Part shown: piece by piece, positions 1-8,133 of the stretch
How positions within the stretch are numbered: the stretch's first letter is position 1
How the letters are laid out: each line of letters opens with the position of its first letter
Assembly (NCBI GenBank): GCA_030430675.1
Contig: JAUIKU010000001.1
Coordinates: forward strand, 4,152-68,151
Direction: 5' to 3'
DNA from: Bacteroidia bacterium
GTDB lineage: Bacteria > Bacteroidota > Bacteroidia > Cytophagales > Cyclobacteriaceae
Length of the DNA stretch: 64,000 nucleotides
The notes under the pieces: model-generated
Seen by the model: the letters and a program-made list of their open reading frames with translations, nothing else
Database searches by the model: none
What the model was told of the DNA's origin: nothing
Program-made: the position numbers and the translations under genes

Positions 1-893
1 AGTTTGGCCACCAGTTTGAAAAAAGGATCTTAGATGTTAAGGATATTTCACACTTAAAGACTTGGAATCCTAATTTTAGGCATGGGGCGCAATTCATGGG
101 TATGAGTCCATTTGAGGCAGCAGGTTTAGCGATAGCGGCCGTTAACGAAGGACACCAGGCTAAAGTAAGAAAGTACCACTCAGGAGGCATAGAGGGGTTT
201 ATTTCAAAAGGTAGCGGGGCAGATTCAGTGTTTACTCCTGATCAGTCCGAGAAATTAACCAACTACCTGCAAACTAAATACGCTGGATACAAGCGCAGTT
301 TGTACGCTACCGGGGCAAATGCTAAGTGGAATTCAATAGGAATGTCAGTGGTGGACTTAGCTATTTTAGATGCGTTAAACGCTGATAAGAGAACTATTTG
401 CTCAATGCTCAATGTAGATTCTAAGTTACTCAATGACCCCGGAGCTTCTACTTATAACAACATGACTGAGGCTGAGAAGTCCACTTATCAAAAGGCTATT
501 ATTCCCAGGGTAGAAGATGGACTGGATGAGTTGAACTTATGGCTTACACCTGCCTATGAGAAAAACGGGCGTTTCCATGGGACGAAAGGAAAACTTTCCC
601 TGGAGGCTGATTATTCTAAGATTGAGTGTTTGCAGGAGGATAAAAGCGATTTAATTGACAGATTTAATAAGTTAATCGCTGTCCGTCCTAAAGATCAATT
701 AGAGGCTATGGGCTTGGATGTGCCCGAAGATCCCTTGTTGCAGGAATACTGGATAACCGTACCAGGGGGAAGAATTCCGTTAAGCGATTACCAGAATAGA
801 AACTTAGATACTAACTTGGAAGAGGAAGCCGAAAAGGTTATAAAAAGACTGGTGCAGGAGAATCATTACTTGTTGAATGGCACTTCTGACTAA
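1..893 (+). CDS. Phage portal protein (5' partial, continues upstream of window)
   Basis: The frame is open from base 3 with no stop before the tracked ATG at 96. It sits immediately upstream of the head-morphogenesis and protease genes. The sequence is portal-like (…GANAKWNSIGMSVVDLAILDALNADKRTICSMLNV…). Confidence 0.8.
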   Translation, partial: FGHQFEKRILDVKDISHLKTWNPNFRHGAQFMGMSPFEAAGLAIAAVNEGHQAKVRKYHSGGIEGFISKGSGADSVFTPDQSEKLTNYLQTKYAGYKRSLYATGANAKWNSIGMSVVDLAILDALNADKRTICSMLNVDSKLLNDPGASTYNNMTEAEKSTYQKAIIPRVEDGLDELNLWLTPAYEKNGRFHGTKGKLSLEADYSKIECLQEDKSDLIDRFNKLIAVRPKDQLEAMGLDVPEDPLLQEYWITVPGGRIPLSDYQNRNLDTNLEEEAEKVIKRLVQENHYLLNGTSD

Positions 894-1626
894 ATCGGTA
901 TCCTGGGACACTTTTGACCGGGCAACCCGTACCTATGAGCAGCCCGCAGATTGGTTAATACGCCAAGCCTTGAGAAAGCAGTTTAAGGCGGTGCAAGTCC
1001 ACCTGGACCAATCAGCCACGTTAGACCAGGCGTTGAACCTTCCTGACGGCATTATCGATGAGCAGCCTATGTTTAATGCCTATGAAAAGCTATACACCTT
1101 AGTTGGGCCTCCCTTTGCCAAGATGACCATTGAAGCTATTCAGGGTTCACAACAAAAGCAGTTTGATCACTTGACAGAGTACTTTAGAATATTCTCTCAG
1201 ACTATCGCAGGGGATAAGATCAAAAATATTGCTCTAAATACCTTGGATGCTATCCGTACTATGCTTACCACCATGCCAAACGAAATAATCGAAAAAGGCA
1301 TACCGGCAGTTGGTAGGGAGTTGCGCAGCCAATACGAGGTGTTCACCCGTTGGAAGTCTGAGCAGATAGCACGAACTGAATTAATCACAGCGGCCAACTC
1401 TGGGAGCTTAAAGGGAGCCAGGTCATTAGGTTTTGATATGGAAAAAGAATGGATTGCGGGAGGTGGCAATGTGCGGCCCTCACATGCGGAAGCTCACGGC
1501 CAAAGGGTACCTATGGCTAAGATGTTCAGGGTAGGAGCAGAGAGGGCAGATTTTCCGGGGGATCCAAGGTTAAGTGCGGCGGAAAGGATTAATTGCAAAT
1601 GCACCAGTGGATTTATTGTCTTATAA
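877..1626 (+). CDS. Phage head morphogenesis protein (SPP1 gp7 / Mu F-like minor head protein)
   Basis: It overlaps the portal stop and sits at the canonical position after portal. The C-terminal region (…GGNVRPSHAEAHGQRVPMAKMF…DPRLSAAERINCKC) resembles the gp7/F-like domain. Confidence 0.8.
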   Translation: MALLTKSVSWDTFDRATRTYEQPADWLIRQALRKQFKAVQVHLDQSATLDQALNLPDGIIDEQPMFNAYEKLYTLVGPPFAKMTIEAIQGSQQKQFDHLTEYFRIFSQTIAGDKIKNIALNTLDAIRTMLTTMPNEIIEKGIPAVGRELRSQYEVFTRWKSEQIARTELITAANSGSLKGARSLGFDMEKEWIAGGGNVRPSHAEAHGQRVPMAKMFRVGAERADFPGDPRLSAAERINCKCTSGFIVL

Positions 1627-1846
1627 ACCCCGGAGGATAACTAAAGTCAGGCAGAATAGTAAATATTCGAAATCCGTTGGAATCCTGAAATCCGGTGTCT
1701 TTGTACTTCCAAAGTGTTAAGTCTTTATCCTGGCCATCAACTTCAGGGCCTTCCTCGAGTGAGTTGTATTCGTCGCCATTGATGAACAAAACATGACCGT
1801 GCTCTGGCCCGCTAATTAGGATGCTATATTGTTTTTTCTCTACCAT
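1613..1846 (-). CDS. Small hypothetical protein (77 aa), fifth gene of the antisense micro-operon; paralog of 1982..2251
   Basis: It shares SGPEHG and WKYKDT…NGFRIFTILP with GGPKHG and EYKDT…EGHHIFAILP of the 89-aa ORF. Its ATG lies inside the end of the upstream 52-aa ORF. Confidence 0.55.
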   Translation of the reverse strand: MVEKKQYSILISGPEHGHVLFINGDEYNSLEEGPEVDGQDKDLTLWKYKDTGFQDSNGFRIFTILPDFSYPPGFIRQ

Positions 1847-1982
1847 TCAATTTCTCAATCCTATCCTTTATTTTCTTGCACATTCCGTAGTCCTCTTGCT
1901 TTTCGTAGATCACTAGTAGATCTTTTAGCTGTTTAAGGTCTAAGTGGTCTAGTGCGTTTATGTTGGCTTCAAGAGAGGGCAT
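1824..1982 (-). CDS. Small hypothetical protein (52 aa, below ORF-track cutoff), UVR-motif-like helical peptide
   Basis: Hand translation gives MPSLEANINALDHLDLKQLKDLLVIYEKQEDYGMCKKIKDRIEKLNGREKTI. Its ATG overlaps the upstream TAA as TAATG (1980-1984). Confidence 0.4.
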   Translation of the reverse strand: MPSLEANINALDHLDLKQLKDLLVIYEKQEDYGMCKKIKDRIEKLNGREKTI

Positions 1983-2251
1983 TAAGGCAATATAGCGAAA
2001 ATATGATGGCCCTCTGAAGTTTTCAGCCTTGTATCCTTATACTCGATGTAGTCAAGTTTATAATGCCTTGAAGGTGGGTTAGGATTAGCCATTGGAGGGC
2101 CATCCGGTTCTATGGGGAATTTTAGGTACGGGGTAAGCGTTTTGTACTTTTTGCCATGCTTAGGGCCACCGACCATTATAGCGAAAAAGAATTCCTCACC
2201 GACAACATCAACACTTTTAACGCGGACGTCAACCGTTTCTCGCTTTTTCAT
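1982..2251 (-). CDS. Small hypothetical protein (89 aa from ATG 2251; track lists a GTG start at 2257), paralog of 1613..1846
   Basis: The ATG at 2251-2249 overlaps the TGA of the upstream ORF (ATGA). Paralog motifs are shared with the 77-aa ORF. Confidence 0.55.
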   Translation of the reverse strand: MKKRETVDVRVKSVDVVGEEFFFAIMVGGPKHGKKYKTLTPYLKFPIEPDGPPMANPNPPSRHYKLDYIEYKDTRLKTSEGHHIFAILP

Positions 2252-2448
2252 AACCACCCTGGATTTTCATTCTTACCCTTATGCTGCTCGGCCTTCCTTC
2301 GCTCGTTCTGGAAGTAGTTGCTTAGCTGGCCATTTGCTTTCATCCAATTCATCTTCAGAATATCGTCAGTACTTCGCTGCTTGATTTTGGCTAAGAGCTT
2401 AATAGCATCCCTGACAGTGTATTCGTAGGGTTCGTTAGGGTTTTTCAT
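2248..2448 (-). CDS. Small hypothetical protein (66 aa), predicted helical
   Basis: ATGA overlaps occur on both sides (2445-2448 and 2248-2251). I recognise no family. Confidence 0.5.
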   Translation of the reverse strand: MKNPNEPYEYTVRDAIKLLAKIKQRSTDDILKMNWMKANGQLSNYFQNERRKAEQHKGKNENPGWL

Positions 2449-2612
2449 CTCAATAATTCTTCATAATCCTTACTGAAAATAATCCTTTCCATTAAAAACT
2501 TGGTGAGTTCAGAGTTAGTCTTTCCCAGACGCTTTTGCAAATGCTCAAAACGTTTCTTACTCTCGCCAAAAAGTCTAGTCCGGGGCTGGACGTAGTTGCG
2601 ATCTTCTCCCAT
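2445..2612 (-). CDS. Ribbon-helix-helix-like small DNA-binding protein (55 aa, below ORF-track cutoff), first gene of the antisense micro-operon
   Basis: Hand translation gives MGEDRNYVQPRTRLFGESKKRFEHLQKRLGKTNSELTKFLMERIIFSKDYEELLR. It shows a short N-terminal strand followed by two helices, as in CopG/Arc-type proteins. It lies directly downstream of the phased repeat array. Confidence 0.5.
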   Translation of the reverse strand: MGEDRNYVQPRTRLFGESKKRFEHLQKRLGKTNSELTKFLMERIIFSKDYEELLR

Positions 2613-2650
2613 CAATTTCACCCTGTTTCCACTACTAATTTAAAAAACTC

Positions 2651-2694
2651 TGACCACATATCGACCATAGGTTGACCAATATTTGACCGTTTAG
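2651..2694. promoter_or_regulatory. Operator-like array: four direct YGACCR repeats at exact 11-bp spacing
   Basis: TGACCA is at 2651, CGACCA at 2662, TGACCA at 2673 and TGACCG at 2684. The array lies in the divergent intergenic region between the RHH-led - strand operon and the prohead protease gene. Confidence 0.5.
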
Positions 2695-2736
2695 TTTAAA
2701 AATGTTTGGCATTCCGTACCATTGAGTTGTACGGTC

Positions 2737-3456
2737 ATGCTATACAAAGGATTTTATTGCAAAATTGAGGATCTGGACACCAAAGGAGCGAAGGGTGTCA
2801 TAGTAGCCTATGTTAATGCCTTTGGCAACAAAGACCTTGACGGTGACATATCTGCCCCGGGGAGTTTTGACAAAACCATCAAAGAGAACTTCCGCAAAAT
2901 CAAGCATTTCGTGGATCATAATGTGTGGTCAAATAAAGACCTGGTTGGTGTTCCTTTGGAGTTGGTTCCTGACAGCGTAGGGTTGAAGGTCACCAGCCAA
3001 CTTAATTTAGAAAAGCAGACCGCCAGGGACCTGTATTCTGACTACAAGCTATTCTTAGAGCTTGACCGAGACCTGGAGCATTCCATTGGTTACAATGTCA
3101 TTAAACGGGATGACAACGATCAGGCGGTCATTACCGAGTACCGTCTGCACGAATACTCAACTATTTCCTTTAGAGCAGCCAACCCTTTGAGTTTGGCCTT
3201 GGATGCTAAATCCAGTGGCGACCCTTTCACCCCTGCCGATATCCTGGACTGGATACACTACCTGGAGCAGGCTTTGAAGAAGGGTGATTTTACCGATAAG
3301 AAATTTTTACAGATAGAAACTTCCTTGGAAGGTCTCAACCAGACTTGGAAAACACTTGAAAAGCCGGGAGGGGATTCCCTTTCACTTTCTGAGCCGTTGC
3401 CAGACATCGACCTAGTAGGAAGCCTTGATAACATTTTTAAAAAACTAGCGAGTTAA
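2737..3456 (+). CDS. HK97-family prohead (maturation) protease
   Basis: The N-terminal signature is …GVIVAYVNAFGNKDLDGDISAPGSFDKTIKE…. It sits directly before the major capsid gene. I prefer ATG 2737 to the TTG at 2722 used by the track. Confidence 0.85.
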   Translation: MLYKGFYCKIEDLDTKGAKGVIVAYVNAFGNKDLDGDISAPGSFDKTIKENFRKIKHFVDHNVWSNKDLVGVPLELVPDSVGLKVTSQLNLEKQTARDLYSDYKLFLELDRDLEHSIGYNVIKRDDNDQAVITEYRLHEYSTISFRAANPLSLALDAKSSGDPFTPADILDWIHYLEQALKKGDFTDKKFLQIETSLEGLNQTWKTLEKPGGDSLSLSEPLPDIDLVGSLDNIFKKLAS

Positions 3457-3460
3457 GACA

Positions 3461-4786
3461 ATGGCAAAGACATTAGAAGAAGTTCATCAGGACGTGTTGA
3501 CGGTCGGCAAGAAATTGCAAGACCTTGGTCCTGAAATTGATAAGAAGATTGATCTGATTAACGATCAGATCCAGAAAGCGGGTACCGAGTGGAAGAAGGA
3601 AGTTAAAGGCGATCTAAAAGAAGCCCTCGACCTTTACAGCAAGCTATCCGGCGATAAGGAAAAAGGGGAAAAGGCTTGGCACGAATTAGCCACCGACCAA
3701 CTGGCAGAGCTTGAAAAAAGTATCCAGCAAATCCAGGAATGGAAACCCAATAACCCTGCTCCCGAGACCAATAAGTTTCACCAGAAATTTATGGAGGTCA
3801 CCGAGAACGGGGAACGCCTGAAGAAAATGAAAGGTGAAGACGGCAACCGGGGCCAGAAGGATGAGGTTGTTATGGAGATTGAGCGCAAGGCGGTAGTAAC
3901 CGAGGCCGGAGCTTTGACAGGGGATGTAATTGTTCATGGTCGCGCCCCTGGGTTCAAGGTGAAGCCTGAAGAAGCCAATCACATACGCCAAATCATGCGA
4001 ACTGGTTTTACTGCATCAAACCGTTGGTGGCATGTAGCGGAAACCGGATACACCAATAACACCGCAGCTATCGCGGAAGGTGCCGCTTTCCCTCAGAACG
4101 ACTTCGACCTGACTCAGGTAGAGACTGTGAACAAAAAGCTGGCCGCTCACAAGAAGCTGTCCAACGAGATTTTGCAGGATTTACCAGGTGTGATGACTTA
4201 CGCCCAGGGTCGATTGATGACCAAAATGTTCCTTTTAGAAGACAATGAGGTTCTTTTGGCTGATGGTACTGGTCAGCATGTGGATTCTATCAACAACCAG
4301 GCTACCGCTTACGGTCCTGGAGCGTTGTTCCAGAACCTTTACGGCACAGGGGCAACCCGAATTGATGTATTGGGGACTGCTATCAACCAGGCCAGGGTGA
4401 CCACATCGGAAGGTTTGTACAATCCTAACGTGATCATTGTCCATCCAAGTGATGTGACTGTTGCTCAGTCTATCAAGCTGACTGACGATGATTACCTGTT
4501 AAGGGCTGCTTTGCTTACCGATGCTCCATTGCGAGTGAAGGGAGTGGGAACCTTTGAAACTACCGTACAGACTGCGGGAACCTACACTGTGGGCGATTTC
4601 AATCAAGGTGCTGAGTTGATAGACTCAGAAACCATGACCATTGAGATTTCCAACTCTGACCAGGATGACTTCATCAAGGATTTGGTAACCATCCGAATCA
4701 AAGAGCGAATCATACTTCCTGTGTACTTCACCGGTGCATTCATCAGCGGAACTTTTGCAGCTGGCATCACTTATTTGAACGCGTAA
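3461..4786 (+). CDS. Major capsid protein, HK97 fold, with N-terminal coiled-coil delta/scaffold domain
   Basis: At 441 aa it follows the protease. The first ~130 residues are charged and helical, followed by a capsid-like body (…NVIIVHPSDVTVAQSIKLTDDDYLL…). Confidence 0.85.
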   Translation: MAKTLEEVHQDVLTVGKKLQDLGPEIDKKIDLINDQIQKAGTEWKKEVKGDLKEALDLYSKLSGDKEKGEKAWHELATDQLAELEKSIQQIQEWKPNNPAPETNKFHQKFMEVTENGERLKKMKGEDGNRGQKDEVVMEIERKAVVTEAGALTGDVIVHGRAPGFKVKPEEANHIRQIMRTGFTASNRWWHVAETGYTNNTAAIAEGAAFPQNDFDLTQVETVNKKLAAHKKLSNEILQDLPGVMTYAQGRLMTKMFLLEDNEVLLADGTGQHVDSINNQATAYGPGALFQNLYGTGATRIDVLGTAINQARVTTSEGLYNPNVIIVHPSDVTVAQSIKLTDDDYLLRAALLTDAPLRVKGVGTFETTVQTAGTYTVGDFNQGAELIDSETMTIEISNSDQDDFIKDLVTIRIKERIILPVYFTGAFISGTFAAGITYLNA

Positions 4787-4812
4787 TTATCAGGAACCTA
4801 AACATATAAGTA

Positions 4813-5178
4813 ATGGCAATTAGTAAAGCAAAAGATGTCTGCATAAAGCCTTTTTATGGTGATGTGCAAGGCAAAGACGGCAAAATGGAGGCGCGCAGGT
4901 TTGCGCCCGGAAATATCGTAACCGGCCAGCGTGAAGAGGACCGCGAAAAGCGAAAAGCCCGCGGTGTGATCGGCTCAGAGGAAGACTTGAAAAAGTCTGA
5001 TCCAAGCTTGAAAAAACTGGCTGAAGGAGTCTGGCAACCTGACCCGGCATGGTTCAAGAAAAACGAGGGTTCTAACAGCCTGAAAAACCAGGCGAAGGCC
5101 ATCGTTGAAGCGGCCAAGGCAGAAGCAGAACAAATTCTGAAAGACGCCAAGGCAGAAGCATCTAAAGCAACAAAGTAA
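4813..5178 (+). CDS. Hypothetical phage head-associated protein (Lys/Ala/Glu-rich C-terminus)
   Basis: It lies between the capsid and connector genes. No family was recognised. The antisense ORFs listed over it are discounted. Confidence 0.5.
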   Translation: MAISKAKDVCIKPFYGDVQGKDGKMEARRFAPGNIVTGQREEDREKRKARGVIGSEEDLKKSDPSLKKLAEGVWQPDPAWFKKNEGSNSLKNQAKAIVEAAKAEAEQILKDAKAEASKATK

Positions 5179-5181
5179 CCA

Positions 5182-5793
5182 ATGTTTGATACTGACAATA
5201 TCGGACTTCAAACTGAGGTGACCACAGATCCACAAGGGCCTCCGGTAACCACTCCGGAGGTTCTTAACTACCTCAAAGCCCAATACGGGACCGATGCTGT
5301 AGAGGATGCGCTTGTCGATATAATGACCAACAAAGCGGTGGATTTACTTCAGGATTATACGGGCTTGAGTTTTATCACTCAGACACGCAAGATCTTCTTA
5401 GAAAGCTATGGGGAGAAAGTGCCAATACCTTATGGCCCGGTGCAGTCAGTAACCAGTGTATCAAGATTGGAGAACGGTGTAGCAACCGCCTTAGTGCAAG
5501 GCACAGATTACTACCTGTTAGGACTTAATGAGAAGTATCTAAAGTTCAGCAAGGTTTGGAAATCTGGGGTCTTGACCGATTACTCATTGGAGGTGGAATA
5601 TATCGCGGGGTTTACCGATCACAATGAGTTAGAGGATTTCCCGGATGGTCTAAAGGAGCCAATTTTTAGGCAAATCAATGATGATTACTACTACCGCAGC
5701 GAGTATTCAGAAGACGGGTTAACAACCCTCTCAAAGAATGCTATGAACGCGATACCGCCTAATTATGTGAAAAAAGCAACGGGAATCTGGTGA
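5182..5793 (+). CDS. Head-tail connector protein (gp6-like, putative)
   Basis: The call rests on position and size in an HK97-like module. Its stop overlaps the next start. Confidence 0.55.
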   Translation: MFDTDNIGLQTEVTTDPQGPPVTTPEVLNYLKAQYGTDAVEDALVDIMTNKAVDLLQDYTGLSFITQTRKIFLESYGEKVPIPYGPVQSVTSVSRLENGVATALVQGTDYYLLGLNEKYLKFSKVWKSGVLTDYSLEVEYIAGFTDHNELEDFPDGLKEPIFRQINDDYYYRSEYSEDGLTTLSKNAMNAIPPNYVKKATGIW

Positions 5794-6197
5794 AAAGGCT
5801 AACACATAAATGCTGGATAGCAGAGGATCAAAAAGTAGCGGGACAGCCCTCAGACGGCAGTCCTACTTCTTCCATGATGCTACTGGCTAATGTGTGGTGT
5901 AGGGTTACTCAGCAATCGGCTTCTAAGGTGGACCAGATAAGTCAGGGCTTATCCCTGGACGTGAAAGAGTTTGAAATAAAGGCAGACGTGGACTTACCAG
6001 GTGCTTCTAAGCCGCTAGATCCGGCAGGGTTTTACATCGTGTTCAATGACAAATTATACCATATCCACAGTGTTGAGGATATCAGGGAAAGGGGATGGTG
6101 GAAACGTATAACAGCGCATTCCGATGCAAAGGAAACACTTTTAATTGATACCTCACCGGGAGCGGGAAACACCGTGGATCGATCATGGGACGCTTAG
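5790..6197 (+). CDS. Head closure / head-tail adaptor protein (putative)
   Basis: The call rests on position and on overlapping start and stop codons with both neighbours. Confidence 0.5.
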   Translation: MKRLTHKCWIAEDQKVAGQPSDGSPTSSMMLLANVWCRVTQQSASKVDQISQGLSLDVKEFEIKADVDLPGASKPLDPAGFYIVFNDKLYHIHSVEDIRERGWWKRITAHSDAKETLLIDTSPGAGNTVDRSWDA

Positions 6198-6529
6198 TAA
6201 AAGGGTTCAAGGATCAAAAGCTGATAAGAAAGTTTACCAGCTACCCAAAAGAGGTTGAGCAAAGAATACAGCAAGCGGCCATTAAAACCGCTTACGAAAT
6301 AAACCGGGAACAGAAAACCCGAGCCAAAGTGAAAACAGGCTTTATGAGGGCCAATATAGTGGTGATCATAAAAAAGCTTGGCGCGGTACTTCGAAGCAGG
6401 GCAAGCTATTCAAGCTTCCTGAATTGGGGTACAGCATTCATAAAGGCAGACTTCTTTTTTACCGGGCCAATTGAGCGAAAGCGGCCTATTTATTTACGAA
6501 GGTTGAAGCGTGCATTAAAAAGCCGTTAA
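6185..6529 (+). CDS. HK97 gp10-like neck/tail-attachment protein (putative)
   Basis: The call rests on position and a KTGFMRANI-type motif resembling gp10-family proteins. Confidence 0.5.
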   Translation: MGRLVKGFKDQKLIRKFTSYPKEVEQRIQQAAIKTAYEINREQKTRAKVKTGFMRANIVVIIKKLGAVLRSRASYSSFLNWGTAFIKADFFFTGPIERKRPIYLRRLKRALKSR

Positions 6530-6546
6530 CCTGAATTTTTTACGAA

Positions 6547-7020
6547 ATGAAAAGTCCATTAAAGCCTTTGCGAGAGGCTTATGTGAGCGAGTTGTATAGT
6601 AATGTGACCATCACCAAAAATGGTTCACCATACAACCTGTTTTTCTGGGATCGTGTACCCGCAGATGCCCAATATCCATACGTAAAATTCACCGACCCTC
6701 AAGTAACTGACCTGGTAAGAGAAGAAGAAAAGTGCAAGGGGGATGCCAACCTGTTCCATAAAAGGTGGCTTTTGGGTCTCCAGGTAATAGGAAAGTTCAC
6801 CGAAAACGCGGGGGGCTCTGGCCCGCTGGATGACATTACAAGCCAGATACTACAAATTATCATTCCCAGCCCCAACACTACACCCCTGGACCTGTCCCCG
6901 GACTTTGTGATCACCGATATCGACTTAAACGACATCAGCAAGCCACAGGAAGAAAGAAAAGCAAACCTGGTGTATATCAGCCAGACATTAGTAATAGAAC
7001 ATCAAATTCAAGAGCAATGA
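6547..7020 (+). CDS. Tail completion / neck protein (putative)
   Basis: Position only. Confidence 0.4.
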   Translation: MKSPLKPLREAYVSELYSNVTITKNGSPYNLFFWDRVPADAQYPYVKFTDPQVTDLVREEEKCKGDANLFHKRWLLGLQVIGKFTENAGGSGPLDDITSQILQIIIPSPNTTPLDLSPDFVITDIDLNDISKPQEERKANLVYISQTLVIEHQIQEQ

Positions 7021-7256
7021 GCGAACAAGAAAAAGTATTGACCAAAAGTGATGTGGGCCTGAAAGATGACCGGTTTATCTACATCCAACTTACCAAGGAT
7101 GTAATAGGACCACACTGCACGTGGCCGAAGGGCTTTATTATGCAGCAGAAGCGCAGAAGCGAAAGAGCAAAGGAACTTCTGGCCGATGGTCACAAAGAAG
7201 TCAGCCGCGCAAAGCACAAAGCAGCTGTGGACGGCAAACAAAGAAAGAAATATTAA
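7017..7256 (+). CDS. Hypothetical phage protein (79 aa, basic C-terminus)
   Basis: It is coupled to the upstream gene by an ATGA overlap. No family was recognised. Confidence 0.4.
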   Translation: MSEQEKVLTKSDVGLKDDRFIYIQLTKDVIGPHCTWPKGFIMQQKRRSERAKELLADGHKEVSRAKHKAAVDGKQRKKY

Positions 7257-7275
7257 CAACTAAAACTATACAGCT

Positions 7276-7683
7276 ATGGCAGAAGATGCGATTGATATAG
7301 GGGTAACCATAGGGGGCAATCTGGTTTCCTGTGCCACCGATATTAGTTGGGATTATGTACAAAATGTTGAGAACCCAGACCCCTGTAAAGGGGATGCGGC
7401 CAATCAGTACATAGCCCCGGCACGAAGTGGTAAGGAGGTCAGGGGAACCTTGCGAGGGCTCATAGATTATGCGTCCACACAGGGACACCAGGAACTTAAA
7501 ACCGCTTGGCTCAACAACACCGATATCACTATTGTGATTGCGGGGCCGGACTCAGGAGATGACCAGGATACTATTGTGGCTATCCTTACCCGGGTGGGTG
7601 GTCAGGCAGGCTCCACGGGAAAAGGCGGCTATGATGCTGACTTTGTGGGTGACGGTACCGCACCAGTAGTAGACACCGTGTAA
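7276..7683 (+). CDS. Major tail protein (putative)
   Basis: This 135-aa ORF lies immediately upstream of the chaperone pair and the tape measure gene. Confidence 0.6.
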   Translation: MAEDAIDIGVTIGGNLVSCATDISWDYVQNVENPDPCKGDAANQYIAPARSGKEVRGTLRGLIDYASTQGHQELKTAWLNNTDITIVIAGPDSGDDQDTIVAILTRVGGQAGSTGKGGYDADFVGDGTAPVVDTV

Positions 7684-7686
7684 GAA

Positions 7687-8133
7687 ATGAGGATGGCAAC
7701 GGAAAAAATCAATTTCGGAGGTCAGGAACGGCAATTCTTGTTTTCTGTTTACATCACTTCGGTTTTTTCAGACCGGTTTCCCTCAGACATACTTACCCTT
7801 TTAAGGCAAGATCAGATCATGTTCTTCTTGAAAGTGGGCATGGTGTGTTTGGAGGAGGGCGACAAAGATTTACCGAAAGACTTTGACTTTAGAATGTATT
7901 GCTCCTGGTGGGACGAAGCACCAAAATCGATCAAACAGCAGATCAAGCGGGGAATCCGCAAGGTCTACGACTTGGGAGGTGCTGAAGATGACATTATGGA
8001 GCAGTTCAAGGCACTGGTGGAAAGTATGACCGATGAGGAGCGGGCTAAGGCCAAGAAGATCATTGTAGATGGTCTACCAAAAAACGGGAAGGGGGCGAAA
8101 AGCCCCCAAGTCCCAGAACGTGGAGCCAAATAG
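7687..8133 (+). CDS. Tail assembly chaperone (G-like, zero-frame product)
   Basis: It lies between the major tail and tape measure genes and contains the slippery heptamer 16 codons before its stop. Confidence 0.7.
   Translation: MRMATEKINFGGQERQFLFSVYITSVFSDRFPSDILTLLRQDQIMFFLKVGMVCLEEGDKDLPKDFDFRMYCSWWDEAPKSIKQQIKRGIRKVYDLGGAEDDIMEQFKALVESMTDEERAKAKKIIVDGLPKNGKGAKSPQVPERGAK
8079..8085 (+). promoter_or_regulatory. -1 programmed ribosomal frameshift site A_AAA_AAC
   Basis: Zero-frame codons are CCA AAA AAC (…LPKNG…), with 8080 in phase with ATG 7687. The -1 frame is open from 8049 to 8432. Confidence 0.65.

Noticed and set aside
2248-2612. Classical type II toxin-antitoxin pair (RHH antitoxin + downstream toxin)
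   Set aside because: The downstream 66-aa protein looks all-helical. It shows none of the RelE/ParE, MazF, CcdB or Doc features I can recognise, and three more coupled genes follow. I kept it only as one of several hypotheses in the micro-operon finding.
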